A stretch of DNA of 64,000 nucleotides, from NCBI GenBank assembly GCA_054600435.1, contig BAAIJX010000008.1, positions 496,001 through 560,000 of the forward strand, in the 5' to 3' direction. Shown here one piece after another: positions 10,587 to 23,325 of this stretch (the stretch's first letter is position 1; the number at the start of each line of letters is the position of its first letter). Source of the DNA: Neophaeotheca triangularis (lineage: Eukaryota). The position numbers and the translations under genes were made by a program. The notes under the pieces were generated by a model, which had not been told where the DNA came from, did not search any database, and saw only the letters and a program-made list of their open reading frames with translations.

Positions 10587-13404
10587 CTACACATAACCCG
10601 AACCCCTAAACAACGCAATGGTATCGACAAACCCATCTGCAAAAACATCAGCATCGCATCGAAGCACGAAGTCGCTTCCACGGAAAACTCACTCTTATTC
10701 TCCGTCCAAATCGCACTCCTCCTCCCGTCAAGACTCAACATCCAATGGGTACCAACCGTGTTTAAATTGTAAATAGTGACGCCCGGGTTAGTGCCCTCGA
10801 GACTGAAAATGGCGTCCTGGCAGATCTCGCCGGCTTCCTGGGTTGAGCAGGCTGTTGCTCTCGGCGTTAGTCTCTTCCCGGCGATGGAGCTGGTATTTTA
10901 TCAGGCCGAGGGAAACTCACCTGTCGAGTAGTTGTTGAAGAAGCTGTACAGGCCGGCGCCGTAGACTAGGATGTTGGTGGAGTCTTTGATGCGCAAACCC
11001 CAGCCGTCAGCTGCTGGGATGGTCTTGCCGTTGTCTTGGACGGTTTTGGTTTGGAATTGAGGGTCAGACAGGGTGCTGTCATAGGGAAACGGCAAGGGTG
11101 CGGACGGGTTTGGCTGATAGTATGCACTTTCCGTTTGGATCTAATATACGTTAGTCTTTTCTATTCTTCTCTTTCCTTTTGCTTCGTGCTTAGCTCGTGG
11201 CTTTGAGGGATTACTCGCCTGGCCCATGAAAATGTCCCTCGTGTTCACAAACTGATACTCATACTTGACGTGATGTTCGACCCCCGTTCCGACTAGCCAT
11301 ATACCACCCTTTTGGCTTTCCACCAGCATGCCACGACCAGCGTAGATAGTGATCTGCCTCAGCGAAGGGTCCTCTATATCGTGGTCCGCGACCCACAACC
11401 ACACATTTTCGGCGTACAATCCACTGCTTCCCTTTGTAACGTGCATGGAAAGATAAGTGGAAATGCAGTCCTGGTCTAGATTGTCCTTGGTAATCGTCGT
11501 CTCCGGCGTGGTCGGGCATTGCGGCAGCTGAAGGCTGGAACCGGCGAATCCAGCAACTCTGACATGGACGTCCCACAAGCCGGAGGGGGAGCTTGTCGAA
11601 GACGCCAAATTGTACTGGATCAAGACTGCGCCCTTTTGCTGGCCTTGCGTCGAGATTATGAAGTCGGAGAGTTCGACGCTCCCGCCCTCGTTCTCCTTGC
11701 CGATCTGGACGACTGGCTTTGGGGCTTGGATGTCGTTGAAGTAGGCGCCGCAGCTGAGGATGACGGAGTAAGCTTCTCCGACAATGCGGCTGCCGCCGGG
11801 GATGTAAATTGTGCTTGTGACTTTATAGTCGCCGTGGTCCAAGAAGAGGATCTTGCCTTGGAATTTCGCCGCGTTGATAGCCCGCTGTAGAGCTTGAGTG
11901 TCGTCGGATCGGCCGTCTCCCTTTGCGCCTTGGGACCGCGCCGAGATGAAAGAGCTGAGAGGCTCTTTGTTGTACTGTGGTTTGCTGCGTTGGTAGTACC
12001 TGCCACCGCTGAGCAGTGAAGACGGGCGATTGGCCGGTTGGATGGAACCCCTGAATTCCTTTGGTCCCGCAGGAGTGTAAGCGTGGCCCTGACCCCAGGC
12101 GGAAATGTGCCTGTTTCCCGTTGATCCCCCGAGCAACATCGAGCCATCGACGAGTTGCACTGCAATAGGAACATTGGTCAAGTCAACGTTCTCGATGATG
12201 AGACTGTTAGCGGCGTCTGGCTGAGAGTCGGCGGTTCGTCCAGTCACGACTCCAACGGGAGTGTTGGTGATCGTGCTGTCGAACAAAGCTATAGAACCGA
12301 CAGACAGCGCATCAGGACCACCCGAGGACATCTGAATACCAACCCGGCAATTGTTGATGCTCAAACCGTAATAAGTCCAGCCCCAGTCCCATATTTGGTT
12401 GATGGCGGTGTCAACATGGTCAAACCGTAGATTGCGCATGGTGAATTGCTGATTACCAACGTTAAGACCGTAAAGGCCACCGGTGAACGTGAGGTCATTC
12501 ATGAAACCGCCCGAGCCCTCTTCGATGAAGATGCCCTGATGCATGGTCCCACTTGCTCGGCTCATCCGAAATTGGACATTCTGGATGCTCGTAGCTTGGG
12601 CAGTAGGCCAGTGAATACCCGTGACGGATGAAGACGCGGGGACGAGCGTGGTATCTATGATGAAGTTGCGAATCTGATATCGCTTGTCAGTAAGTGGGCC
12701 GAAAAGGTCGGGCTGTCGACTCACCTGACGCCAAAAGACATTGGTAGCACCGAAACCGAGGCCACCCGCACCATACCTATTGCCATCGATGACGCCCAGG
12801 CCGCCGTGGAACTCTGGCAAGGCTTTGATGGTCGGCAAGCAGTTCGGGTTACCAATCAACATCGTGTAGTAGTAGTCGATGATCGAATCGCTAACCATAT
12901 AAACCCCAGAAGGGAAATACACGATAGCAGGCGATGTGGTCGACGAAGCGCAAGCGCCGGGTTCACAACGTCCGCCCGACGAGATGGCTCGGTTGATGGC
13001 AGCAGTGTCGTCGGTGACTCCATCGCCTTTGGCACCGAAATCCTTGACGTTACGGAAGACTTGATAGGTGCTGGGGTTGGAGTTGAAAGCAGCCACGCCT
13101 TGATGTTTGACATTTTCGAGCCAGTAAGAGCAATCGCCTTGCGCGGTGATGATTCTCTCGGTAGGATAAGGCTTCACGCTGGCGGTTTTGGCCGGGCCAT
13201 TGTAGTCGGTGTACCTGGGAGCGTTGCCTTGTTAATCACCAAGGTGGGGTGTAATCTTGCAATTCGTGGACTCAACTCGTCGAATCGGTTCAACATGGAG
13301 TGCACTTGGTAACGAACTTCTGGGATGTCGTAGTGGACGTGTTGAGCGATGGTGCCGGTGATGGCAGCCAGCCATGACAAGGACAGCGCGAGAATCCCAC
13401 GCAT
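10587..13404 (-). CDS. Secreted GH55 exo-beta-1,3-glucanase; 6 exons (introns 13215-13276, 12674-12724, 11141-11218 [GC-AG], 10852-10920, 10637-10692)
   Basis: Signal peptide; two pectate-lyase-3-like repeats (FRNVKDFGAKGDGVTDDTAAIN and GAKGDGRSDDTQALQ); ENVWLWVADHD, VEHH, MGQ|IQTESAYYQPNP and YGAGLYSFF motifs. Confidence 0.93.
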
Positions 13405-14277
13405 TTTGGCTGCGAATGTGTGTTGGACAGGAGAATTGACGAGAATCAGAACCAGGTTACGTCCGTCGACGGGAGGTCGTCCACGGCTAGATATATATTC
13501 GCATACATACTTCTCTAGACTGCAAGAACACCCGTGAAGGCCTCTATTCTGTGGCTTTGCAGCTAATCATCGCAGAGATGCCGTTCAGGACTACAGCGCT
13601 ACTGTAAGAAAGTTCGAGTTACAACAGGGTGAAGGCCAGCATAGGGGTGGCCCGAATGTAACCCTGCAACACTTCGACAGGATGCATTATAACTTTGATG
13701 CCACCAAGGGCGGCACGGCTCGGTGGAGCCATAATGCAGTGTTTTGATTTGGAGACGAGAAAATTGATATAGAAGTCTGTTGGTTAGTGATCGGCCGGCC
13801 GCAGTCATCACACGGGAGGCAGGCGGCGCCATCGTGCGGGGGCAGAGCCGAGGATGCACACGAACACATGCTAAGACCCGGTAAGCACTCCGAAGCGACG
13901 ATGCCCGTTGTTGCGCAATGAGCTTGCACTACCTAGACTCTAAAGAACAGCTGCTGGAGTCTTGAGGAGGTCTGGTCGAGTGGTCAGTCGCTGGAACAGT
14001 CTCCGCTTGAAACCTTCCTCGAAACGCTATCTTAGTAAACTATGCTACAACTGGCCAATGGCCGACTTCCCCCGGATTCGCAAAAAGGTTCTGAAGCAGG
14101 GCAAAGGCAACGCTTTGAGTAGCATTTCGAGACTTTGTGTTGTGCGCCCGAGGCATGCTACTTATCGATCGACATCTGGATCATGCTTTGTAGGCTTGTC
14201 GGCCCAGGTCGCAGTCGCCGTTCTGACACTGTTGATCATTTGACCTGGAAAGTGAGAGAATATGGCTCATATCTTGC

Positions 14278-15180
14278 CTATTGGTTGTAGCTGCTACCGT
14301 AGTCGCAGATGGCGCATGGCGGACGACACACTGCTGCTTCTCTTTCGACATAGTCCGAAAAGATGACTTTACGAAGTGTGTTATGTGGAATCGGCCCCGA
14401 GTGAGAGCCGGCCGTAGGTTGGAAGACAAGCGGTGATGGACTGCTCTCCAGTATCCCGCTGTCGCGTATGCCTTGATTGACGGAGGCGTATTTGTAGTGG
14501 CCGTTTTCTGGGACGTTGGTGAGGTCGATGCGATGAACAAAAGGTAGAAGGTTGGTGTAGGTCGTCGGATCTGAATTCTCAGAGGCTGTTCCGCTGCAGT
14601 ACCCACAATCGGCAGGCGCGCATATCAAGAGGTCCCTGAATTCCCATCTGCGGTCTGACTGCCCTTCCATTGAAATGCTTTCTGTGCCAACGACCACGCG
14701 ATGAACTTTACCTCCAACTTCGTAAAAAGGTGAGATATGGGCGATCATGCTGTGCTCTGTCGGCTCCCAGTACGCTTGGTCGCCGGCCCATTGGGTATCG
14801 CGGAAATGTACCATTTCGAGGCCGTTGCTTGTATCGATATCCTGCCCGCTCTCGTCGTCCTCCGCGTTCATTTCGAGCCAATGATGCACCTGGCCTCGCA
14901 TAATTGCTCTCAGTGCTTGTCCCTCAGAAGTATCGAGGTAAGCGAAAACTGGATCCCAAAGCCTGCGATGCGTGTGGTGTGCGACCCTGCTTGAGCGGTA
15001 CTGCCCATCGATCTCACGTTGTGTAAAAGCTTGCAGGTGCCTTCGAATTTGTAGCTCGTTCATGCTCGAGCCATGCAGGTCATTGAAGATGCGTGCGCGA
15101 AGTAGGGGGTTGGCAACTAGGTCGTCTTCACGCAAGACGAGTATCAGGATGCGATCAGCGATGGAGTACACAGATGTCAT
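14278..15180 (-). CDS. Hypothetical protein (300 aa) with two copies of a VH..D...C-x3/4-C-x2-C motif
   Basis: Intron-free ATG-to-TAG ORF with protein-like composition and an internally duplicated motif. Confidence 0.7.
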   Translation of the reverse strand: MTSVYSIADRILILVLREDDLVANPLLRARIFNDLHGSSMNELQIRRHLQAFTQREIDGQYRSSRVAHHTHRRLWDPVFAYLDTSEGQALRAIMRGQVHHWLEMNAEDDESGQDIDTSNGLEMVHFRDTQWAGDQAYWEPTEHSMIAHISPFYEVGGKVHRVVVGTESISMEGQSDRRWEFRDLLICAPADCGYCSGTASENSDPTTYTNLLPFVHRIDLTNVPENGHYKYASVNQGIRDSGILESSPSPLVFQPTAGSHSGPIPHNTLRKVIFSDYVEREAAVCRPPCAICDYGSSYNQ

Positions 15181-15715
15181 GCTGCTGGTGGGGCGTCAAA
15201 ATCTTGTCCTATGGCCTTGGATATTCCAATGACTGCGTCTCCAGTCGGTCCTAGTTGGCGACTTCAGAGAGTGTTTGCCAGTTGACCAGAGCAAACCTTC
15301 ATGGTCGCCGCTTAGTAGAGGCGTAGAGATGAAAGTGAGCTAGGTTCATTATTATAAAATGACCCGTGGTATGGGTTGAGTCTAGTCATCGCCAAGCAGC
15401 GCGACACTTTCACCTACGAGGGCCGCGACACCTCTCGTGGCTTCTACACATCGCTATCCCCTGGTGTTCCCAGAACTGCCATACATGTCTCTGATGTAGC
15501 TCCGGGAAGTATTATGTGTTAACACAGCTCTGTCAGGGTACACAATCTACTTTCTTTTCCAAAGGAGGCACAGACACCAAAGGCATAGCGTCACACGTGA
15601 AGGGTTTCCACATCAAGTGTCACGGCCTCGATTTACGAAGATTGTTGTTTCGGCTTCAGTAGTGGATATTCATCAAGAGCTCCAGCGTTTGCTCGCGCCA
15701 GACAGAAAAAATTGA

Positions 15716-15985
15716 TCACTCCGTGGCGTCCTTTGCGTTCGTATGCTCGGCGCTGAAGGACGAAGCATCAGCCCAGAATCCAGCAGATTGGCAGATGGAC
15801 CTGAGAGTGGTCTGCTGGTCTTGTGCAAAAGCTATTGCGCAGTCTGCTAGGAGTACAACGGCCAGTCCCTGAAAGACGAGAAACCCCGACACGGCTGGTG
15901 GCGGAGGGGGTGGCCTGTTGAGGTTCATAAACGTACGGCGCTGGCTGAGAGGCCGAATGTGAAATGCGGTGCGAGAGGGGTACAT
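15716..15985 (-). CDS. Small hypothetical protein (89 aa), presequence-like N-terminus plus one hydrophobic segment
   Basis: ATG in AAAATG context. MYPSRTAFHIRPLSQRRTF is Arg/Ser-rich with no acidic residues; followed by poly-Pro and hydrophobic GFLVFQGLAVVLLA. Confidence 0.55.
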   Translation of the reverse strand: MYPSRTAFHIRPLSQRRTFMNLNRPPPPPPAVSGFLVFQGLAVVLLADCAIAFAQDQQTTLRSICQSAGFWADASSFSAEHTNAKDATE

Positions 15986-16611
15986 TTTGGTATGGAATAT
16001 CGTCTCCGGGAGGCGATTATTGGGTGAATCCACGTTTGTCGAGCTGTGTGACGAAGTGTAAAGTAAAGGGGGAGGGGATGGGATGAAGTAGTCGTAGGAT
16101 CGGCGGGGAGCAATGCAATCTCCAGGTCTTGGCACGTTTCAGCCCTGCGTTTGTTCCAAGTCCCAAGCTACCTTGCCCGGGCCTTTCAGCACGAGCTGCT
16201 GCGCCATTCGCATGTCGTCGTCTCCCGACCCCTTGGCCAGTACCTGACCCTTCCACGCACCCACACCTACAAAGTCTCCATCCACAGTTGCAACGGGTGT
16301 AGTTAACCCTCAATAGCACCGGCATTCCTTTAAGGAACTTTCAAGAATACTCTTTGGTGTCTTTAACCATTAGGCCGCCGCCCATTGCAGCCTGCGCGCG
16401 CTTCCAAACGACTTCCAGGCAGTCTGAAACACATAGCTTACCTACCTTCGGTTACTCCCAGACAGTCGCGCGACGTCATCCCAGGCTCTTAGAGGCAGTC
16501 GTACAGATCAAAGGGAGCTTGTGCGCGGTGTCGGCTGCCACTATCTGATGAGAGAGCCCGTGGGCGACAACTAAGTGGCAGGCCTGCGAGTGCCGTCACG
16601 GCCTGCCCAAC

Positions 16612-19600
16612 ATGGCGGGCAGACCAGGGGGTTATGGAAGGCAGCCCGCAGACGACGATGACTTGCTTGGGCTTGACGACGGCACGAACGCTGCCTACAA
16701 CAATGGCAGACCACCGCCCTTGACCGATGACGAGATGCTGCATGCATACAATGCGCAGCAAGGCCCAGCCCGTATCTCGACCTCCCACGATGACTTCGTT
16801 GGCGGTGCCTCTTCCACATCAGGCCTACCGGGCGGTCCTGGGCAGCCAGGTGCGACGTCTTTGCAGCCGCCTGGGCTTGGAGCCGCGGGGAGAGGGTACA
16901 GTCAGACTTCGCAGCTTGGCAATTACCAGCGATACTCAGACATGGAACAAGAGATAGAGCGCAGTGACACGCGCAGTGATACGCAATCTGAGATGGGCGG
17001 ATACTACGCAGCTGGGGGTGGTATAGACGAGGACAACGTTCCCTCGATGCCCTTGAACAGAGGGAAGAGCAACCACAGGAGTCGAAACAGCATATTGAGC
17101 TTGGGAGGTGGACTCACTGGCCGTGTGAAGAATGCTTTGGGCATGGGCCCGCAGTACAGCGAAATGGATCTCCCGCTCACTGAACAGCGAGAAGGCACAG
17201 GTACTACTGGGTCGGCGGGCGTGGAGGAGTTGCAGGATGCCACCACAGGTCCACCAGAAGCTCGGGTTACGCCGGGAAGCAAATTCAAGTTTGGTTTACC
17301 TGGACGAAATAAACCTGATCCGAGCACTCTTGGCCCAAGAGTTATACATCTCAACAACCCACCGGCCAACGCTGCCAACAAGTACGTTGACAACCACGTT
17401 TCGACTGCAAAGTACAATGCTTTCACGTTTCTGCCCAAGTTCCTGTTTGAGCAATTCAGCAAGTACGCAAACTTGTTCTTTTTGTTCACAGCCATACTTC
17501 AACAAATACCAAACATTTCGCCTACAAACCGATATACTACGATTGTACCTCTCGGCATTGTCCTGCTGGTCTCGGCAGGCAAGGAAGTCATTGAAGACAA
17601 CCGCAGAAAGTCGCAAGATCGGCAGTTGAATCGCTCCCCAGCGAAGGTTCTCCGAGGCAGCAGGTTCGAAGAGGCGAAATGGGTTGATATACGCGTCGGC
17701 GACATTGTTCGTATCGAATCGGAGGAGCCTTTTCCCGCAGATATTGTCCTCATGGCCTCTTCAGAACCCGAGGGCTTGTGCTACATTGAGACTGCCAATC
17801 TGGATGGTGAGACCAACCTGAAGATCAAACAAGCTATACCGGAGACGTCCACTCTCGTGTCTTCTGCTGAGCTTTCTCGACTAGGCGGTCGTATACGGAG
17901 TGAACAACCGAATAGCAGCCTCTACACCTATGAGGCCACGCTCAACATGCAAGCTGGTGGTGGTGAGAAAGAGCTGCCTTTACAACCAGATCAATTGCTT
18001 CTGCGTGGCGCTACCCTCCGCAATACTCCTTGGATACATGGCGCCGTCGTCTTCACAGGGCACGAAACCAAGCTCATGCGCAATGCGACTGCTACTCCAA
18101 TCAAGAAGACTCACGTCGAGCGCATGGTAAACGTGCAAATCCTCCTCCTCGGCCTGGTACTCGTCGTTCTTTCCGTCATCTCGTCTATTGGTGACATCGT
18201 GGTACGCAAGACCATTGGAGAAAATCTCTTCTACATGATCGATTACACTACAACAAACGCAGCGCAGCAATTCTTCATGGATCTGTTCACCTATTGGGTG
18301 CTGTACTCCAACTTGGTTCCTATAAGCTTGTTTGTTACAGTGGAGATTATCAAATACTATCAAGCCTACCTCATCAGCAGCGACCTGGACATCTATTACG
18401 ACAAGACGGATACGCCAGCAAATTGCAGGACATCGAGCTTGGTCGAAGAACTTGGTCAAGTCGAGTACATCTTCTCCGACAAGACGGGAACGCTCACATG
18501 CAACATGATGGAGTTTCGACAAAGCAGCATTGGTGGCGTTCAATATGCCGATGACGTTCCGGAAGATAGGAGAGTCATCGGCGAGGAAGATGCAGGCGCA
18601 GGCGTTTACGACTTCAAGGCATTGGAGCGGCACAGAAGTTCGGACAGTCTTGGTAATTCTGAGCGCATTGAGCAATTTCTGACGCTGCTTTCGACATGCC
18701 ATACTGTCATCCCGGAGATGAACGCTGAGAAAGGTGGCGACATCAAATACCAAGCAGCTTCTCCTGACGAGGGTGCTCTTGTGGAGGGCGCTGTATCTCT
18801 GGGCTACAAATTTGTGGCCCGAAAGCCACGTGCAGTTTCCATCATAGCAAACGGCGAAGAGCAGGAGTTCGAGTTACTTGCGGTCTGCGAGTTTAACTCC
18901 ACGCGCAAGCGCATGTCTACCATCTTCCGCTGCCCAGACGGTAAAATTAGGTGCTATTGCAAGGGTGCCGATACTGTCATACTGGAGCGTTTGGGCCAGC
19001 GCGATGATATTGTGGAGAAGACACTGCTTCATCTTGAGGAGTACGCTGCTGAAGGTTTACGGACATTGTGCCTTGCAATGCGCGAGGTCCCAGAGTCCGA
19101 GTTTCGTGAGTGGTGGGACATCTTCAACACCGCGCAAACGACGATTACCGGCAACCGAGCTGAAGAGCTCGAAAAAGCTGCTGAACTCATCGAGCACGAC
19201 TTCACTCTGTTGGGCGCGACTGCCATCGAAGACAAGTTGCAGGACGGTGTCCCGGATACTATCCACACCCTCCAGACGGCTGGCATCAAGGTGTGGGTTC
19301 TCACTGGCGACAGACAAGAGACGGCTATCAACATCGGCATGTCCTGCAAGCTCATCAGTGAGGACATGACGCTCTTGATAGTCAACGAAGAGAATGCCGA
19401 AGCCACTCGCGCCAATCTTCAAAAGAAGCTAGACGCCATCCATTCGCAGCGCGCAGGAGGTTTGGAGCTGGAGACACTCGCCCTCGTCATCGACGGAAAG
19501 TCCCTCACCTACGCGCTTGAAAAGGGCATGGAGAAGCTCTTCCTCGACTTGGCAGTCATGTGCAAGGCAGTCATCTGCTGTCGAGTCTCTCCACTGCAGA

Positions 19601-20788
19601 AAGCTCTGGTCGTCAAGCTGGTCAAGCGCCACCTCAAAGCCATCCTTCTGGCAATCGGCGACGGTGCCAACGACGTCTCTATGATCCAAGCCGCACACAT
19701 CGGCATCGGTATCTCAGGTGTAGAAGGTCTACAAGCCGCGCGCTCCGCCGACGTCTCAATCGCCCAATTCCGCTACCTACGAAAGCTGCTCCTCGTTCAT
19801 GGAGCCTGGTCTTACCAACGCATCAGCAAAGTCATCCTGTACTTCTACTACAAAAACACGGCCCTCTTCATCACGCAATTTTGGTACTCATTCCAAAACG
19901 CATTTTCCGGCCAAGTCATCTACGAATCCTGGACCCTCTCCTTCTTCAACGTCATCTTCACCGCGCTCCCGCCCTTTGTCCTCGGCATCTTCGACCAATT
20001 CGTCAACGCCCGCCTCCTCGACCGTTACCCACAACTTTACCAGCTCTCCCAGAAAGGCATATTCTTCCGCCGCCACAACTTCTGGTCCTGGGTCGGCAAC
20101 GGCTTCTACCACTCAGTAATCCTCTACTTCGTCTCCCAATTCATCTGGTGGAAAGACTCGCCGCAACCCGATGGCCGCCTTGCCGGCCACTGGGTCTGGG
20201 GCACCGCCCTATACACCGCCGGTCTCGTCACCGTCCTCGGCAAGGCCGCGCTGATCACCAACATCTGGACTAAGTACACAGTCATCGCCATCCCAGGCAG
20301 CCTGGCAATCTGGTTCATCTTCCTGCCCCTCTACGCCTGGGCCGCGCCACAACTAGGTTTCAGCACCGAATACGCCAACATACTACCTCGTCTGCTCTCA
20401 GATCCGAAGTTCTGGCTCATGATGATCATCCTGCCGGCTTTGTGCTTACTCCGCGATTTCGCCTGGAAGTACGCGAAACGCATGTACTACCCGCAAGCCT
20501 ACCACCACGTGCAAGAGATCCAAAAGTACAACATCCAGGACTATCGGCCTAGGTATGTCTCCCATATCCCCACTTTGTTCTACCTTTTGCTAACTCGGTT
20601 GTGTTTTTCTTCGAAGAATGGAACAATTCCAAAAAGCCATCCGCAAAGTGCGCCAAGTGCAACGGATGCGCAAACAGCGCGGGTATGCTTTTTCGCAGAC
20701 GGATGAGTCTCAGGCTCGTGTTCTGCAGGCTTATGATACTACGAGAGAGAGGGGCAGGTTTGGGGAGATGGCTAGCGTGAGGCGTTAG
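16612..20788 (+). CDS. DRS2: P4-ATPase aminophospholipid flippase Drs2; 2 exons (intron 20553-20616)
   Basis: LDGETNLK, PISL, FSDKTGTLT, KGAD, LTGD and GDGANDV motifs. The spliced C-terminus YRPRMEQFQKAIRKVRQVQRMRKQRGYAFSQ matches the Drs2 regulatory tail. Confidence 0.96.
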
Positions 20789-21415
20789 TCAGTGGGATGG
20801 GAGGTAGGCATGTGAAAGCTAGGTTGGGTGGAGTGGTGAGGGTTTGTGGCTGCCTGAGGGGGTAAAGTGGGTTTGTATGTATGCCCTGTCATGTCTACTC
20901 GTTGCCTTTCTCTTCTTGCGGAGGATTGTGGGAATGGCGGTGCTTGGTGTTCTGGCGAGGAGGAGGAGGTTTTTTGTGGGGTTTATCTAGCTAGCGAGCT
21001 ATGGGATCATGTCATGTGCAAATGCTGCCAGTGGTGGGGAGTTCCGAGTACTCCTGATTCGCTAAGTTTTAGAACACTATGGTGGCATGTTGCTAGCGGG
21101 CTGACTTCGAGCGATGCGCAGCACGTCCGTGGACTCCCTGTACTAGGAGGTATCCTTCGCGCTGAGACTTTTTGTAGGCCGAGAACGACGGGGTTGCGTG
21201 AGCATCTGTCGACTTGGTGCACCATCTCAGGCCGGTTTTCGCTTTTTCACGCATGTATCGTTCTATAGCTGTCCTCTCAAATGAGACTTCAGGACTCCAA
21301 CTTGCTTAGCCTCTGATTGGTACAAAGCAGCTTGTCTTGATACAAACTTGTAGCTTTTGTACAGGAAAGAATACAAGCATCAGCATCCACACCCTTTCAC
21401 ACAGCTCCACCACCC

Positions 21416-22552
21416 TCAATTGATCAACTTGCCATAAAACGGCAACCCACAAGCCCCCAACAACAACCTCGCCTCGCGATCCGTCGTGGCAGACGTATGC
21501 ACCATAACATGACACCCCGGAATCATCCTCGGCGGGTACATATCATAATTGACTTCAACCTCGGGGAAAAGCGCAACCTCCTCCCCAGTAAAGCCAAAAG
21601 CAATATTCCCGCTACTATCACCCGAACTGCCCTTGACACCCTTCCAATCCTTGATCTTCGGCGCCACCACTTCCACAACCTTGCTCAAAAAGTGCTGCAT
21701 ATCCTCGCCATACAGCTCGCACGTGACGCTCAAGTGCTGGCCCTTCCGCACGCCAAACGAGGCCATGCTCTTCTGCACTGCGTGCACTTGGGGGCGCACG
21801 TTGGTGATGGCTTGCATCACCATGCCCGCGACGTGCAAGTGCGCGCTGTCATCCATGGCGCCTTTGACGAAAGTGTGCACCGTTATGCGCTCGAGCTTGG
21901 GCACGTTGCGGAAGGTCATGGGTCTGCGGAGGAGTTTGAGGACGTCGCCGCCGCGGGGCCCGCGGAGGGGTCGGTTCTTGAAATACGGGCTTGCGCCGTC
22001 CCAGCTGCGGAGGCGGTCGCCTTTTTTGGGGGAGTTGTAGCCGGGTGGGTAGTGTTGGTAGGCTAGGGTCATGAGGTCGGGGGCGATGGTGGAGTTGTAG
22101 GTTTGTTCTATGCGTGGGAGGGAGAAGGGGCCGGGGCGAAATTGGCGCGAGGCGGAATCTGAGGGGGCCGGGGGTTGGTGCGGGTGGAGAGGACCGCGGT
22201 AGTACTTTGGGGAGCGGAATTTGTATCTTTAGGGAGGAGGGAGGGTGTTAGTGGTTTGAGACAGGGGCGTTTGTATGGTAGGAGTGGAAGAATTGACGTA
22301 CCTGCTGGAGGGGAGTTGGCGTTTCCGGCCTCGTGCGTTCTCTGCTGGGTCGTAGACGGCTGCTTTGTCGTTTGAGGGCGTGGACGTGGACAGGAAGGAT
22401 GTCTCTTCTAACTCTGCCTCGGAGGAGCCTTTTGCGGTAGTGGCTTGGGTCGAGGCATATCGGGTGCAATCGCCTCTGGGCAGTCTATGTGTTGGGTTTT
22501 CTGCCAGTCGCAGGCGCTTTAAAAAGCCCTGCGTGACCTCTTGTAATGCCAT
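21416..22552 (-). CDS. MRPL7: Mitochondrial large ribosomal subunit protein uL5m; 2 exons (intron 22227-22301)
   Basis: Presequence-like N-terminus, RYKFRSPKYYRGPLHP, WDGASPYFKNRPLRGPRG, and the L5 C-domain GDSSGNIAFGF...LFPEVEVNYD...GCHV.VHTSA. Confidence 0.92.
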
Positions 22553-23325
22553 AATGGGCGGTTTGGGGTGTAAATGGTTGTCCTAGCCCTTTAGTCTGGG
22601 CGTCGCGAATGGATGAACGTCGACATGGATTGCGGCGAGGGCTCGGAGGTCGGAGGTCGGGCTAGTATGAGCCCGATATACCGACCTGCCGAAAGAGTGG
22701 ATTAAGTTAAGGCCAAACGCGTGAAACACGTGCCCTGATAAGCAGGTTAATAATTACTCCAGACCCTGCGTCTCGGTTGGGCTAGACCAAAGATGGCAAC
22801 GAACCGTACTGTAGATATGTACCTTACACGGGCCAAACATGTCGTCCAGCCCCTCGTTTGCCCTCACCACAGTGAAGTACCTCAGCAACTTTGTTATTTA
22901 GCGAATGCTCGGCGCATTGGCAGACGACGAGCCGCCTACTCTTACCTTTGCCAATAATACTCTCCCCCTCCTCGTCTCCGCGCCGAGTCTCTCGTCAAGT
23001 TCATGAAGTGAAGCTGTACAAGGGACTCCAACCACCACCACCACCACCACCACCACCACCACCTCTCCACTTCACTGCCTGTACAGGTACTAGTAGGCAG
23101 CAGTGGTCGCATCATTCCACCAGGCAACCACCTACCCACAGAACACACTTCTACGCCTCGGCCTCGACTTCGACTAGGGACACTTCCGACATTCGTGCGC
23201 AACCTCATCAGAACCACTCAACACCTCCGCCCTACCCCCGCCCTGATAATACCAAGCAAACTCCCTCGCTGCCTCGATCCATACCCCATCCATGCCACTG
23301 CCACCTTCTCCAGTGACAGCGTAGC

